A stretch of DNA of 64,000 nucleotides. Origin: an uncultured Prevotellaceae bacterium (lineage in GTDB: Bacteria > Bacteroidota > Bacteroidia > Bacteroidales > Bacteroidaceae). The notes below the pieces were generated by a model. That model made no database searches, was not told the DNA's origin, and worked only from the letters and a program-made list of their open reading frames with translations. Position numbers and translations under genes: made by a program. The stretch is taken from NCBI GenBank assembly GCA_902788605.1, contig CADAKX010000004.1, positions 23,848 through 87,847 of the forward strand, written 5' to 3'. Positions within the stretch are counted from its first letter, which is position 1; each line of letters opens with the position of its first letter. Below, piece after piece: positions 9,918 through 18,820 of this stretch.

Positions 9918-11213
9918 ATGAAGAATTTCGTTGAAGAACTCCGCTGGCGCGGAATGCTGGCACAGATTATGCCAGGCACAGAAGAGCTCCTGCAGAAAGA
10001 GATGGTGACAGCCTATCTGGGTACTGACCCTACTGCTGACTCACTCCATATTGGTCACCTCTGTGGCATCATGATGTTGCGTCACTTGCAGCGTTGTGGC
10101 CACAAGCCCATCATCCTCGTGGGTGGTGCCACTGGTATGATTGGCGACCCCAGTGGAAAGTCACAGGAGCGTAATCTGCTCAATGACGAGACCCTGCGTC
10201 ACAACCAGGAATGTATCAAGGCCCAAGTTGCTAAGTTTCTCGATTTTGAGTCGAAGGAGGCCAATGCTGCCGAGATGGTCAATAACTACGATTGGATGAA
10301 GAACTTCACCTTCCTCGACTTTGCTCGCGAGGTAGGAAAGCGTATCACAGTGAACTATATGATGGCAAAGGAGAGCGTGCAGCAGCGTCTCAATGGTACT
10401 GCGCGTGATGGTCTTTCTTTCACTGAGTTCACCTATCAGCTCCTTCAGGGCTACGACTTCCTCTACCTCTATCAGCATAAGGGTGTGAAGCTGCAGTTGG
10501 GTGGCAACGACCAATGGGGCAACATGACTACCGGTACAGAACTTATCCGTCGTACGCTTGGTAATGATGTAGAGACATTTGCATTAACCTGTCCGCTCAT
10601 CACCAAGAGCGATGGTAAGAAGTTTGGTAAGACTGAGAGCGGCAACATATGGCTTGATCCTAAGCGTACCACACCTTATCGCTTCTATCAGTTCTGGCTG
10701 AATGTCAGCGACGAGGATGCTGAGCGTTACATTAAGATTTTTACTTCACTTGAGAAAGATGTCATCGATGCACTTGTCGAGGAACACAAGCAGGATCCTG
10801 GTCGTCGTGTGCTGCAGAAGCGCCTGGCTGAGGAGGTAACGGTTTTAGTTCACTCTCGTGAGGCTCTTGATATGGCCATCGAAGCTTCAAACATCCTCTT
10901 TGGTAAATCAACCAAGGAAGCTCTCGAGAAGCTCGACGAGCAGACTTTCCTTGATGTGTTCGATGGTGTGGAAAAGTTCGAGATTAGCAAAGATCAGTTA
11001 GGTCAGCCCGCTGTTGAGCTCCTTACCACTGTTGCTCCAGTGTTCCCTTCAAAGGGTGAGATGCGTAAGATGGTGCAGGGAGGTGGCGTTTCTCTGAACA
11101 AGGAGAAGCTTACCGATCAGAACCGTGCGATTACTGCCGACGACCTGATTGACGGTAAATATCTGCTAGCGCAGAAGGGTAAGAAGAACTATTACCTCAT
11201 CACGGTAAAATAA
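9918..11213 (+). CDS. tyrS: Tyrosine--tRNA ligase
   Basis: 431 aa with the HIGH motif (LHIGHL), a KMSKS-like KFGKT, and a C-terminal S4-like domain. Confidence 0.95.
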   Translation: MKNFVEELRWRGMLAQIMPGTEELLQKEMVTAYLGTDPTADSLHIGHLCGIMMLRHLQRCGHKPIILVGGATGMIGDPSGKSQERNLLNDETLRHNQECIKAQVAKFLDFESKEANAAEMVNNYDWMKNFTFLDFAREVGKRITVNYMMAKESVQQRLNGTARDGLSFTEFTYQLLQGYDFLYLYQHKGVKLQLGGNDQWGNMTTGTELIRRTLGNDVETFALTCPLITKSDGKKFGKTESGNIWLDPKRTTPYRFYQFWLNVSDEDAERYIKIFTSLEKDVIDALVEEHKQDPGRRVLQKRLAEEVTVLVHSREALDMAIEASNILFGKSTKEALEKLDEQTFLDVFDGVEKFEISKDQLGQPAVELLTTVAPVFPSKGEMRKMVQGGGVSLNKEKLTDQNRAITADDLIDGKYLLAQKGKKNYYLITVK

Positions 11214-11222
11214 CAAAAGAAT

Positions 11223-11255
11223 AGGAAAAATTTGGTAATGTGCCAAATTTTTCCT
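11223..11255 (+). terminator. Hairpin after tyrS (possible terminator) abutting the tRNA promoter
   Basis: aggaaaaatttgg (11223-11235) pairs perfectly with ccaaatttttcct (11243-11255). There is no separate T-tract beyond the stem. Confidence 0.5.
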
Positions 11256-11262
11256 ACCTTTG
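11255..11262 (+). promoter_or_regulatory. -7 promoter box (TACCTTTG) for tRNA-Gln
   Basis: TAnnTTTG match 19 nt upstream of the tRNA 5' end. Confidence 0.55.
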
Positions 11263-11280
11263 CAGCCGCTAAATAGTGAT

Positions 11281-11351
11281 TGGACGATGGTGTAATGGTA
11301 ACACTACAGGTTTTGGTTCTGTCATTCCCGGTTCGAATCCGAGTCGTCCAA
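11281..11351 (+). tRNA. tRNA-Gln (anticodon TTG)
   Basis: Hand-folded cloverleaf. Acceptor TGGACGA/TCGTCCA, D arm GTGT-AATGGTA-ACAC, anticodon stem ACAGG/TCTGT with loop TTTTGGT. T arm has TTCGAAT and one C-A mismatch. Discriminator A, with CCA encoded at 11352-11354. Confidence 0.85.
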
Positions 11352-11358
11352 CCATAAA

Positions 11359-11397
11359 AAGAATCCCGAGATCATAACGATTTCGGGATTCTTTTTT
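11359..11397. terminator. Bidirectional rho-independent terminator between tRNA-Gln (+) and the GH127-like gene (-)
   Basis: Stem aagaatcccga (11359-11369) pairs with tcgggattctt (11383-11393). It is flanked by an A-run upstream and a T-run downstream, so a U-tract exists on both strands. Confidence 0.8.
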
Positions 11398-11410
11398 GTT
11401 TCTATCTCAT

Positions 11411-13822
11411 TTATTTCACACTCCACTCGAACACACCAGATGAGAATTCATCGGGCTGAGTAATCTCCAATCGCAATGCTTTGGTTTTCACTGGAGTAAA
11501 GTTCACTGTGCACGCTGCACCACGAACAGTGGGGTAGTGGTCAGCATCTTTCACTGGCTGCCACTGGCCCTGCGCGTCCTGATAGAGAATGCGCCATGAC
11601 TTTGGAACACGACAGCCACCCCAGGGTGCATCGTCAAACCAGTATACGGTGCACGTCTGAACGGTAGCAGCAACAGGAAAATCATACGCCAGCCATTCTG
11701 TTGTGGCTTTCTTGGGCCACCAGTGGGTGTAGGGCATCGAACGGTCGTTCTCGTCGCGAGGTACCAGTCGGTCGTTAACCGACGATAAGGCCGGTACCTT
11801 AGAACTACTGCTCACCTTACTCTCGCTGGCTAGTGTGGCCGGCTGAGCAGGCGTAGTGGCTTTCAGGTCTTGAGGTAACCACACGCGCATCTTTCCAGAG
11901 CCGCGATGACACCACGCGAAATAGGGAATCAGAGTGAGTTCCTGGTCCTTGACTGTCAACTTACCTTGCTTATTGAAGTCTAAGGCTTGGGCTTCTGTCG
12001 TCAGTGTGACCACGGGTATGCCGGCAATCTCAGCCTTTCCCAGTTGGAACTGCGGTTCCTGATTGACCAGTGCCGAGAAAATGTCGAAATCGTTGTCGGG
12101 GTGCTCGGCACAGTAGACTAACGGGCCGCGCTCTACAGCCACCATTCCTCTATCGGCCTCCACCTTATTATTAGCACGCACGACGCGAGGCTCCATATCG
12201 AAGTGAATCTGCACTTTGTCGCCCTTCTTCCATTGACGGTCGATGGTGATATAGTCATGAATCTCGGGATAGAGCTGCTGATTGTTGACGCTTATAAGAT
12301 AGCCGAGTCGTTTGCCGTCAGCATAGGAGTAGAGGTCTGAGGGTACCACCTTGCCCTTTACCCAGCCGGGGATACGAATCTTTAGAGCAAACCGGCCTAC
12401 GTTATTTTTGTCGATGGTGATGGTGATGTCGCCATCCCACGGATAGTTGGTCTGCTGAGAGAGTGCCACTTTCTTTTTCCCTACAGTCAGTTCTGTCTTG
12501 TTCGAGAGGAACAGGTTCACATACACATTCTTATCCTTCACAGCATAGACATAGCCTGGCAGCGAGGGAATGAAGCGACAGATATTAGACGGACAGCACG
12601 CACAACCAAACCACGCCTGACGTTGGTGTTGTCCCATCGACTCCAAGGGGTTGGGATAGAAAAATCCGTTGCCCTCAAGACTCACACCGCTAATAAGACC
12701 ATTATACAGCGTGCGTTCCAGCACATCGAAATACTTCGAATCGCCGTGTAATAGGAACAAACGGTAGTTCACATACACGTTACCGATGGCAGCACACGTC
12801 TCGCAATAGGCACTCATGTTGGGCAACTCATAGTTCTTGCCGAAAGCCTCGCCACTCGAAGTGGCACCGATGCCGCCTGTGATATAGAGTTTCTTTGTGA
12901 CGATATTGTCCCAGATACGGTCGATGGCATTGATGTAACCTTGGTCGCCAGTGAGAGCTGCTACATCGGCCATACCGGCGTACATATAGGCTGCACGAAC
13001 AGCATGACCCACAGCCTCTTTCTGGTCCACCACTGGTTGATGACTCTGACTGTACTCCTGCTTAATCTGTGTTTTGCCGCGATAGTCCAGCAGGAACTTC
13101 GCCTCGTCCAGGTATTTCTTCTCGCCCGTGGCTAGGTAGAGTCGGCACAGTGCCATTTCGGCAATCTGATGCCCTGGCACCACGCAGGCCTGTCCAGGAT
13201 TAGGACCAACCTCTTTGCACACCACGTCGGCATAGCGGCGTGCTATATCTAGGAACTTTCTACTGCCTGTGGCCTGCCAATGTGCCACAGCTCCCTCAAT
13301 CATGTGTCCCAGGTTATAGAGCTCGTGTGAGAGGTCCTCCTCCTTTACCCAACGTTTGTCGCCAGCCCAATGGTGTGGGTCGGCCGGGTTTTGTGTGCGA
13401 GCCGTATAGAGATAGCCATCAGGCTCCTGAGCCGTGGCGATGATGTCGATAACGCTATCCACATACGCCCTTAGCTTTCTGTCAGGATAGGTCTGCAGGA
13501 TATACGAAGCCCCCTCAATGGTCTTGTAGGGGTCCGTATCGTCAAACGAGTAGCCCACACCATTCACCTTAAACACCTTAGACGGGTCTTTCAGATGCAT
13601 GGCCGCATGTTCAAAGTTCTTATAACGCCCTTCGCTTTCGCATTTAGAGAAGGCCAGGGGCACCGTAACATTGCGACTCGCCTCTAGGCGCTGTCCCCAG
13701 AACGTATTAGGCGTTACCTTCACAGCCGTGAAAGGCACGGGATTGATGGGATAGCCCGTTTGTGCCCCAATAGGACACACAATAAATGATGAAAGAATCA
13801 AAGAAAAGATCGTTCTCTTCAT
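11411..13822 (-). CDS. GH127-like (DUF1680) beta-L-arabinofuranosidase-family glycoside hydrolase with a C-terminal discoidin/CBM-like domain
   Basis: 803 aa with a signal peptide. It carries the family's Glu-x-Cys (SAYCETCAA) and Cys-Cys (FGCACCPSN) zinc/catalytic signatures. The C-terminal ~140 aa resemble an F5/8 type C fold. Confidence 0.8.
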   Translation of the reverse strand: MKRTIFSLILSSFIVCPIGAQTGYPINPVPFTAVKVTPNTFWGQRLEASRNVTVPLAFSKCESEGRYKNFEHAAMHLKDPSKVFKVNGVGYSFDDTDPYKTIEGASYILQTYPDRKLRAYVDSVIDIIATAQEPDGYLYTARTQNPADPHHWAGDKRWVKEEDLSHELYNLGHMIEGAVAHWQATGSRKFLDIARRYADVVCKEVGPNPGQACVVPGHQIAEMALCRLYLATGEKKYLDEAKFLLDYRGKTQIKQEYSQSHQPVVDQKEAVGHAVRAAYMYAGMADVAALTGDQGYINAIDRIWDNIVTKKLYITGGIGATSSGEAFGKNYELPNMSAYCETCAAIGNVYVNYRLFLLHGDSKYFDVLERTLYNGLISGVSLEGNGFFYPNPLESMGQHQRQAWFGCACCPSNICRFIPSLPGYVYAVKDKNVYVNLFLSNKTELTVGKKKVALSQQTNYPWDGDITITIDKNNVGRFALKIRIPGWVKGKVVPSDLYSYADGKRLGYLISVNNQQLYPEIHDYITIDRQWKKGDKVQIHFDMEPRVVRANNKVEADRGMVAVERGPLVYCAEHPDNDFDIFSALVNQEPQFQLGKAEIAGIPVVTLTTEAQALDFNKQGKLTVKDQELTLIPYFAWCHRGSGKMRVWLPQDLKATTPAQPATLASESKVSSSSKVPALSSVNDRLVPRDENDRSMPYTHWWPKKATTEWLAYDFPVAATVQTCTVYWFDDAPWGGCRVPKSWRILYQDAQGQWQPVKDADHYPTVRGAACTVNFTPVKTKALRLEITQPDEFSSGVFEWSVK

Positions 13823-13855
13823 GTCGTATCGGTTTTAGTTCATTGGATTATCTTA

Positions 13856-15922
13856 CTATTTCAGTTCGCTCCACTTTGGAGGATCTACCCCTAGTAGGTT
13901 ACGTACAAAGAAGTCATAACGCTTATGGTCACCATAGCTCTCACCCATGGTGTGGCGGGCACCAGGAATAACCACCAGTTCGAAGTCCTTGCCGGCCTTC
14001 TCCAGTGCGTTTACTACCTGCATGGTCGATGCAGGATCCACGTTGTCGTCCATCTCGCCCACCACCAACATCAGTGGACGCTCCAGTCGCCAAGCGTTCT
14101 CTGTGTTCGAGCATTCTACATACGAGCTGTCAACGGGATAGCCCATCCATTGCTCGTTCCACCATATCTTATCCATACGGTTGTCGTGACAACCACAGGC
14201 TGCATAGGCTGCTTTGTAGAAGTCACCATGCCACAGCACCGCTGCCAGCGCATTCTGTCCGCCTGCCGAGCATCCGTAGATGCCTACACGATTCACATCC
14301 ATATACGGATACTTCTTGCATGCCGCCTTGATCCACGCTATGCGGTCTGGCAGCCCGCCGTCCTTCAGATTCTTATAGCACACCTCTTCAAAGGCCCGTG
14401 TGCGAAACGAGGTGGTCATGGCATCCAGTTGCACCACGATGAAGCCCAGCTCCGCAATACTCGACATTGTCCATATCCATGGTGTGAACGTCTTGGGAAC
14501 ATACTGGTCGCCAGGTCCAGAGTAGATATACTCAATGACGGGATACTTCTTCGTTGGGTCGAAGTTCGATGGGCGCTGAATGAGTCCCCACATATCTGTC
14601 TTACCGTCGCGCCCCTTGGCCACGAATACCTCAGGCGCCTTCCATCCCTCTTTTTCCAGCGCTGTGATGTCGGCTGTCTCCAGTGTGCGCACGATGTGCC
14701 CATCCTTACCAGATCGCAGCACGGTGACGGGAGGAGTGGTTACCGTCGAGTAGGTGTCAATCAGATAAGCCATGTCATCGGTATAGGTCACACTATGGTT
14801 ACCCTCTTCAGGCGTCAGACACACCAGTCCCTTGCCGTTCAGTCCAATCCTGTAATAATGTATCAGATATGGGTCTTCCTTCTTGTTCATGCCGCAGGCT
14901 GAGAAGAAGACAACATCGTTCTCCTCGTCCACACGTTGGATGCCACGCACATAGTATTCCCCCTTGGTAATCTGTCGGCAGTCCTTACCACTGTACAGGT
15001 AGATGTGGTTACGTCCGTCGCGCTCGCTGGTCCATATGATGCGCTGGCCATCCTTCAGGTCGATACGCTGCTGACGGTTGTAGTTGATATACTTGTCGTT
15101 CTTCTCCTCAATTAGCGTGCGCACTAGTCCTGTAGTGGCCGATAGCTCCAGCACACGATAGGTCTTGTGGCCACGTTCATTAAACTCGAACGTCACGCAC
15201 TCGTTGTTCTTCCAACGTGGCATAGTTACTTGATACTGATGCTGGAAAAGCGCTGTCGAGGGCTCTATCACGCGTCCCGTAGCCACCTCGACGATGACGG
15301 GTACACGATAGTTTAGCGAATCGCCTGGCTTGGCATATTCCTGAGTGTGGAGCACTGGCTGCAACTGGTTCCTGGGCGACGACTCCACATAATAAACATA
15401 GCGCTTGGGGGCCGGTTTTATGCGTACCGTGGCATAATAGCGGCCATCGGACGAGAAAGAGCCCCAGGCCGAATAGTAATAGGTAGAGTCACCGTTGGTA
15501 GTCAGCGCATGCTCCTGTTCGTTCTCCTTCACCCACAGGTTGTTGTCGCGATGAAACACCTGTACCTTGCCGTCTGGCGACATCCGCATACCGTCCTTTT
15601 CGTCGGGCATCTCCATCCAGTGGCGCTGTCGTCCCTGCCACTGTGGGCGCTGTCGCGGTTTCTCTGGATTCTCTGTGAGTGTGGTTACCGTGTTCTGGTC
15701 GGCATCCACCTCTTTATATATTTGTTTCTTACCGTCGAACACCGAGTACCAGAACTGATGCGTGCCATGCTTCAGGTGCACGTTCACGTCGCCATACTTC
15801 ATCTTGTTCGAGTATTTCGAGCCAATGGCGAAGGCCCGTTTGTAGTTGTCTTTGATGTTGTCGGCAGAGGCCGTCTGCGTCAGCATCAGGGCCAGTGCCA
15901 TAGTCAGTGTTGTTCTTATCAT
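13856..15922 (-). CDS. S9-family serine peptidase (DPP IV-like beta-propeller plus alpha/beta-hydrolase domain)
   Basis: 688 aa with a signal peptide. Nucleophile elbow YGCSAGG, then the VGEMDDNVD Asp and GARHTM His in S9 order. Its ATG overlaps the upstream stop (TAATG). Confidence 0.75.
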   Translation of the reverse strand: MIRTTLTMALALMLTQTASADNIKDNYKRAFAIGSKYSNKMKYGDVNVHLKHGTHQFWYSVFDGKKQIYKEVDADQNTVTTLTENPEKPRQRPQWQGRQRHWMEMPDEKDGMRMSPDGKVQVFHRDNNLWVKENEQEHALTTNGDSTYYYSAWGSFSSDGRYYATVRIKPAPKRYVYYVESSPRNQLQPVLHTQEYAKPGDSLNYRVPVIVEVATGRVIEPSTALFQHQYQVTMPRWKNNECVTFEFNERGHKTYRVLELSATTGLVRTLIEEKNDKYINYNRQQRIDLKDGQRIIWTSERDGRNHIYLYSGKDCRQITKGEYYVRGIQRVDEENDVVFFSACGMNKKEDPYLIHYYRIGLNGKGLVCLTPEEGNHSVTYTDDMAYLIDTYSTVTTPPVTVLRSGKDGHIVRTLETADITALEKEGWKAPEVFVAKGRDGKTDMWGLIQRPSNFDPTKKYPVIEYIYSGPGDQYVPKTFTPWIWTMSSIAELGFIVVQLDAMTTSFRTRAFEEVCYKNLKDGGLPDRIAWIKAACKKYPYMDVNRVGIYGCSAGGQNALAAVLWHGDFYKAAYAACGCHDNRMDKIWWNEQWMGYPVDSSYVECSNTENAWRLERPLMLVVGEMDDNVDPASTMQVVNALEKAGKDFELVVIPGARHTMGESYGDHKRYDFFVRNLLGVDPPKWSELK

Positions 15923-18681
15923 TATTTCAGTATTTCTTTCATTTGTTTGGTGGCGCGCTCAATCATGTCCTTCGTGCCGCTACCGTCGCTCACGTAGCGG
16001 ATCACCATGTTGGCGTATGAGGTGGCGCGGCTAATGCTGTCGTTTGTAGGCTGTTTACCTACTTTCTCCAGTAGCGACTGCAACTCCTCCAAATCCTCTG
16101 GCTCTGCCAGGTTGCCTGGTCGCATGGTGTTGATGATGGCGTTCAGGGCTGAGGCCGCCTTGTCAATCTCTTCCTGTGTATAGCGGTCCTCTGGGGCATC
16201 CATATAGGGCTGCGTCTTCCTGTATTGTTCTGCCATGCGAGCAAAGCTATGACTGGCCCATGGCGCAAATTCTGGAACCTTCACCGTCATGTCGTTCCAT
16301 GCCTGTTGTTCGTCCATGCGACTCTTTACGATGAGGAGCAGTTCACGAAGTTGTGATTTGTCGGTGGGAAAATCGGCTACCACACTGCTGGTGGCGACAG
16401 GCAGGTTCAGACGGAAGTAGTGCGTCAGGTGCTTGTCACCCTCGTAGTCAGGCAGCAGGTTCAGTGGGGCATTGGCGTCAACGGTGGCCTCGTCCCAACT
16501 CTTTATGTTGGTGGCGGCCATTACCAGCGGACCTTGCATAAAGGCGCCTAGCCAGTAGCCATCCACCTTGTCTGGTCCAAAGTCTATATGCTTGGTGAAG
16601 GGCATTGTCACCTCGATCACGTCTTTCGTCGTCCATCGGCGTATAGGAATCTCCACATAGCTCGATGGTTGATAGTGGGTAGCAATGCTCTTGCCGTTGA
16701 GTTTGATATCAAAACCCTCGGTAGCCCAATAAGGCACACGCAGTCGCACGGCGAACCTCGCCTTGCCCTTTGTGAGGTGGATGGTGGTCTTCTCTGCCGG
16801 CCATAGACACTCCTGTTTCAATGTCACGCCCTTCTCCTTCCATTGGGCTGTGGTGGGCAGGTAGAGTGCTACCCAGATGGTATTGTCATTCACAAAATAA
16901 GCAGCCTCCTGATATTTTACGTGGTTTTCTACACCTGTACCGCCACAGCAGGTGGCTTGAGGAGTCTCGTTTCCCCAGGGTTTCGAGGCGTCCAGTCCCA
17001 CAGCATATTGGTAGCAGGTCTGATACTTGTGAGGGTTTACCGACCCAACGATCTGGTTGTAGAGCACCCGTTCGTAGTAGTCCATATAGCGTGCGTCGTT
17101 GGGGGTGAAGCAGTTAAGGTCCTTCGTCAATTTTGCCAGGTTATAGGCGCAGCAGGTCTCGTTCATGGTGGGCTCAGGATGCTTAGTGTGTCCCCAGTTT
17201 GAGGCATTGGTACACATGGAGGTCATCTGTGCATAGGGCTGACGGAACATCTCGCCATTGCCTACACCGCCCATGGCATAGCGATAGCGCCCCTGGATCA
17301 TCGTCCAGAAGTTCTCGGCCAGGTCGTAGTAGTAGGGGTTATGATTACCACGATAGGAGCGCAGGGCACCTGTCACCATCGGTATGTGCTGGTTGGCATG
17401 GCGCGTGCGGATGGCATCGATGTTACGGGCCAGAGGATCGAAGAAGGCCGGACTATCAAAGTAGTTGGCGGCCTCCAGCAGATGGGCCTTCTCCTCGGCT
17501 GTTCCAGTCATTTCCGAAAGGCGTGCCAGTGATTCGGCCATGCCACCCACCTCGCCGGCGATGTACATATTCCACATCTCGTAGCGGTTGCCAGGGCGTG
17601 CCCGTCGTTCATCCTGCCGTCCGTCGCTCTTCACGTAAGTGCGATAATGCAGTCGATTCCATACCCACAGTCCCATGTCCTTAGCAATGAGCAGGGCCTT
17701 CTTGGCCACAGCCTTGTCGTCGATATAGGTGGCAATGTCGATGAGACCAGCTAGTTGCTTATGTACGGAGTAATAGGGTGCCCACACCCAACTGTCGTTA
17801 TTGTAGGCGCGATACATCTCGATGAGTACGCAGTGCTGGGCAGGGATGGCATTCAGATAGCCGTAGCCATACTTCCTATACGCCTGCTTATAGCGGTCGA
17901 AGTCGGCCCATGTTCCCTGCATGGTCTTCAACTCCTCTTCAGGGGCGAAGTCGCGCGCCTCCCAGTAGCGTCCCAGTTGTTCGTTCCAAACAAATGTTCG
18001 CTCCTGACATTCGCGCAGGCCGTCCACCATCTCGATGATGTTGCGTCGCAGGATGTCCTTCTTCGTTTTGTCCTGACAGCTGGCAAAGGCGAAGGCCAAT
18101 GCCGACATGTAGTGGCCAGAACCGTGACCCTTCAACTTGGTGGTGGGAGAGTCCCATCCGTCCGATTCTGGATAGCCCTCGGTGGATAGGTCGTAGGTAT
18201 CGCGATAGTTATAGAGCTGCTGCTTCACTGGCAGACTGATAAGCTGGTCTATGTCGAGGTCGCGGTTTTGCGTCAACCTGTTTTCCCCGTCAATGCTTAC
18301 CGCATCTAATGGCAGTGGCTTGGCCACAGGCACGATCCTTTCTTCTTCTGTCACTTCCATCACTCTTACCTCTGCTGACACGGGATATCCATTGGGTGTC
18401 GTGTTGTCGCCGAGGATGAATCCGCGTACCTTATATATAGTACCTACAGGATTGATGTTGGGGTTTGCCTCGGCCTGCTCAGTCGCTTCCGAGGTGTTCA
18501 TCCATTTCACCTGACGATACTCGCTGTGACCATTGGCATCCGTCACCCACAACTGATAGGGCAGTCGGGGAGCATGGCCCACGGGTGTTTCTATGCAGAC
18601 AGGTTCTGTGTTCACTATCTGCGCTGTCACCTTGCTAACAAATAATGAAGATAAGATAAAGAAGGAAAGAAGTCTTCTCAT
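15922..18681 (-). CDS. GH146/GH127-clan (DUF1680) beta-L-arabinofuranosidase-like glycoside hydrolase
   Basis: 919 aa with a signal peptide. It has the same Glu-x-Cys (MNETCCAYN) and Cys-Cys (QATCCGGTG) signatures in the same order as the GH127-like paralog. Confidence 0.7.
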   Translation of the reverse strand: MRRLLSFFILSSLFVSKVTAQIVNTEPVCIETPVGHAPRLPYQLWVTDANGHSEYRQVKWMNTSEATEQAEANPNINPVGTIYKVRGFILGDNTTPNGYPVSAEVRVMEVTEEERIVPVAKPLPLDAVSIDGENRLTQNRDLDIDQLISLPVKQQLYNYRDTYDLSTEGYPESDGWDSPTTKLKGHGSGHYMSALAFAFASCQDKTKKDILRRNIIEMVDGLRECQERTFVWNEQLGRYWEARDFAPEEELKTMQGTWADFDRYKQAYRKYGYGYLNAIPAQHCVLIEMYRAYNNDSWVWAPYYSVHKQLAGLIDIATYIDDKAVAKKALLIAKDMGLWVWNRLHYRTYVKSDGRQDERRARPGNRYEMWNMYIAGEVGGMAESLARLSEMTGTAEEKAHLLEAANYFDSPAFFDPLARNIDAIRTRHANQHIPMVTGALRSYRGNHNPYYYDLAENFWTMIQGRYRYAMGGVGNGEMFRQPYAQMTSMCTNASNWGHTKHPEPTMNETCCAYNLAKLTKDLNCFTPNDARYMDYYERVLYNQIVGSVNPHKYQTCYQYAVGLDASKPWGNETPQATCCGGTGVENHVKYQEAAYFVNDNTIWVALYLPTTAQWKEKGVTLKQECLWPAEKTTIHLTKGKARFAVRLRVPYWATEGFDIKLNGKSIATHYQPSSYVEIPIRRWTTKDVIEVTMPFTKHIDFGPDKVDGYWLGAFMQGPLVMAATNIKSWDEATVDANAPLNLLPDYEGDKHLTHYFRLNLPVATSSVVADFPTDKSQLRELLLIVKSRMDEQQAWNDMTVKVPEFAPWASHSFARMAEQYRKTQPYMDAPEDRYTQEEIDKAASALNAIINTMRPGNLAEPEDLEELQSLLEKVGKQPTNDSISRATSYANMVIRYVSDGSGTKDMIERATKQMKEILK

Positions 18682-18735
18682 GTTTATTCTTTTGTTTGTT
18701 TTCAGTAGAAAGTAGACATTTATTGGTTTTGATGG

Positions 18736-18766
18736 TGCAAAGTTACGAAAAAAGTGTAACTTTGCA
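18736..18766. promoter_or_regulatory. Back-to-back divergent -7 boxes embedded in a perfect 11-bp inverted repeat
   Basis: tgcaaagttac (18736-18746) and gtaactttgca (18756-18766) each contain TAACTTTG, one per strand. Each lies about 50 nt from its start codon (18681 minus, 18821 plus). Confidence 0.6.
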
Positions 18767-18820
18767 CGCGAAAAGATTAATTATCTATCAAAAAAAACTT
18801 AAAACAGGTCTACTAAAGCA

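Noticed and set aside
13925-14902. 325-aa plus-strand ORF
   Set aside because: It lies entirely antisense within the S9 peptidase gene. Its Arg/His/Cys/Gly-rich, low-complexity translation is typical of shadow ORFs opposite GC-rich coding sequence, and it has no motif or promoter box.
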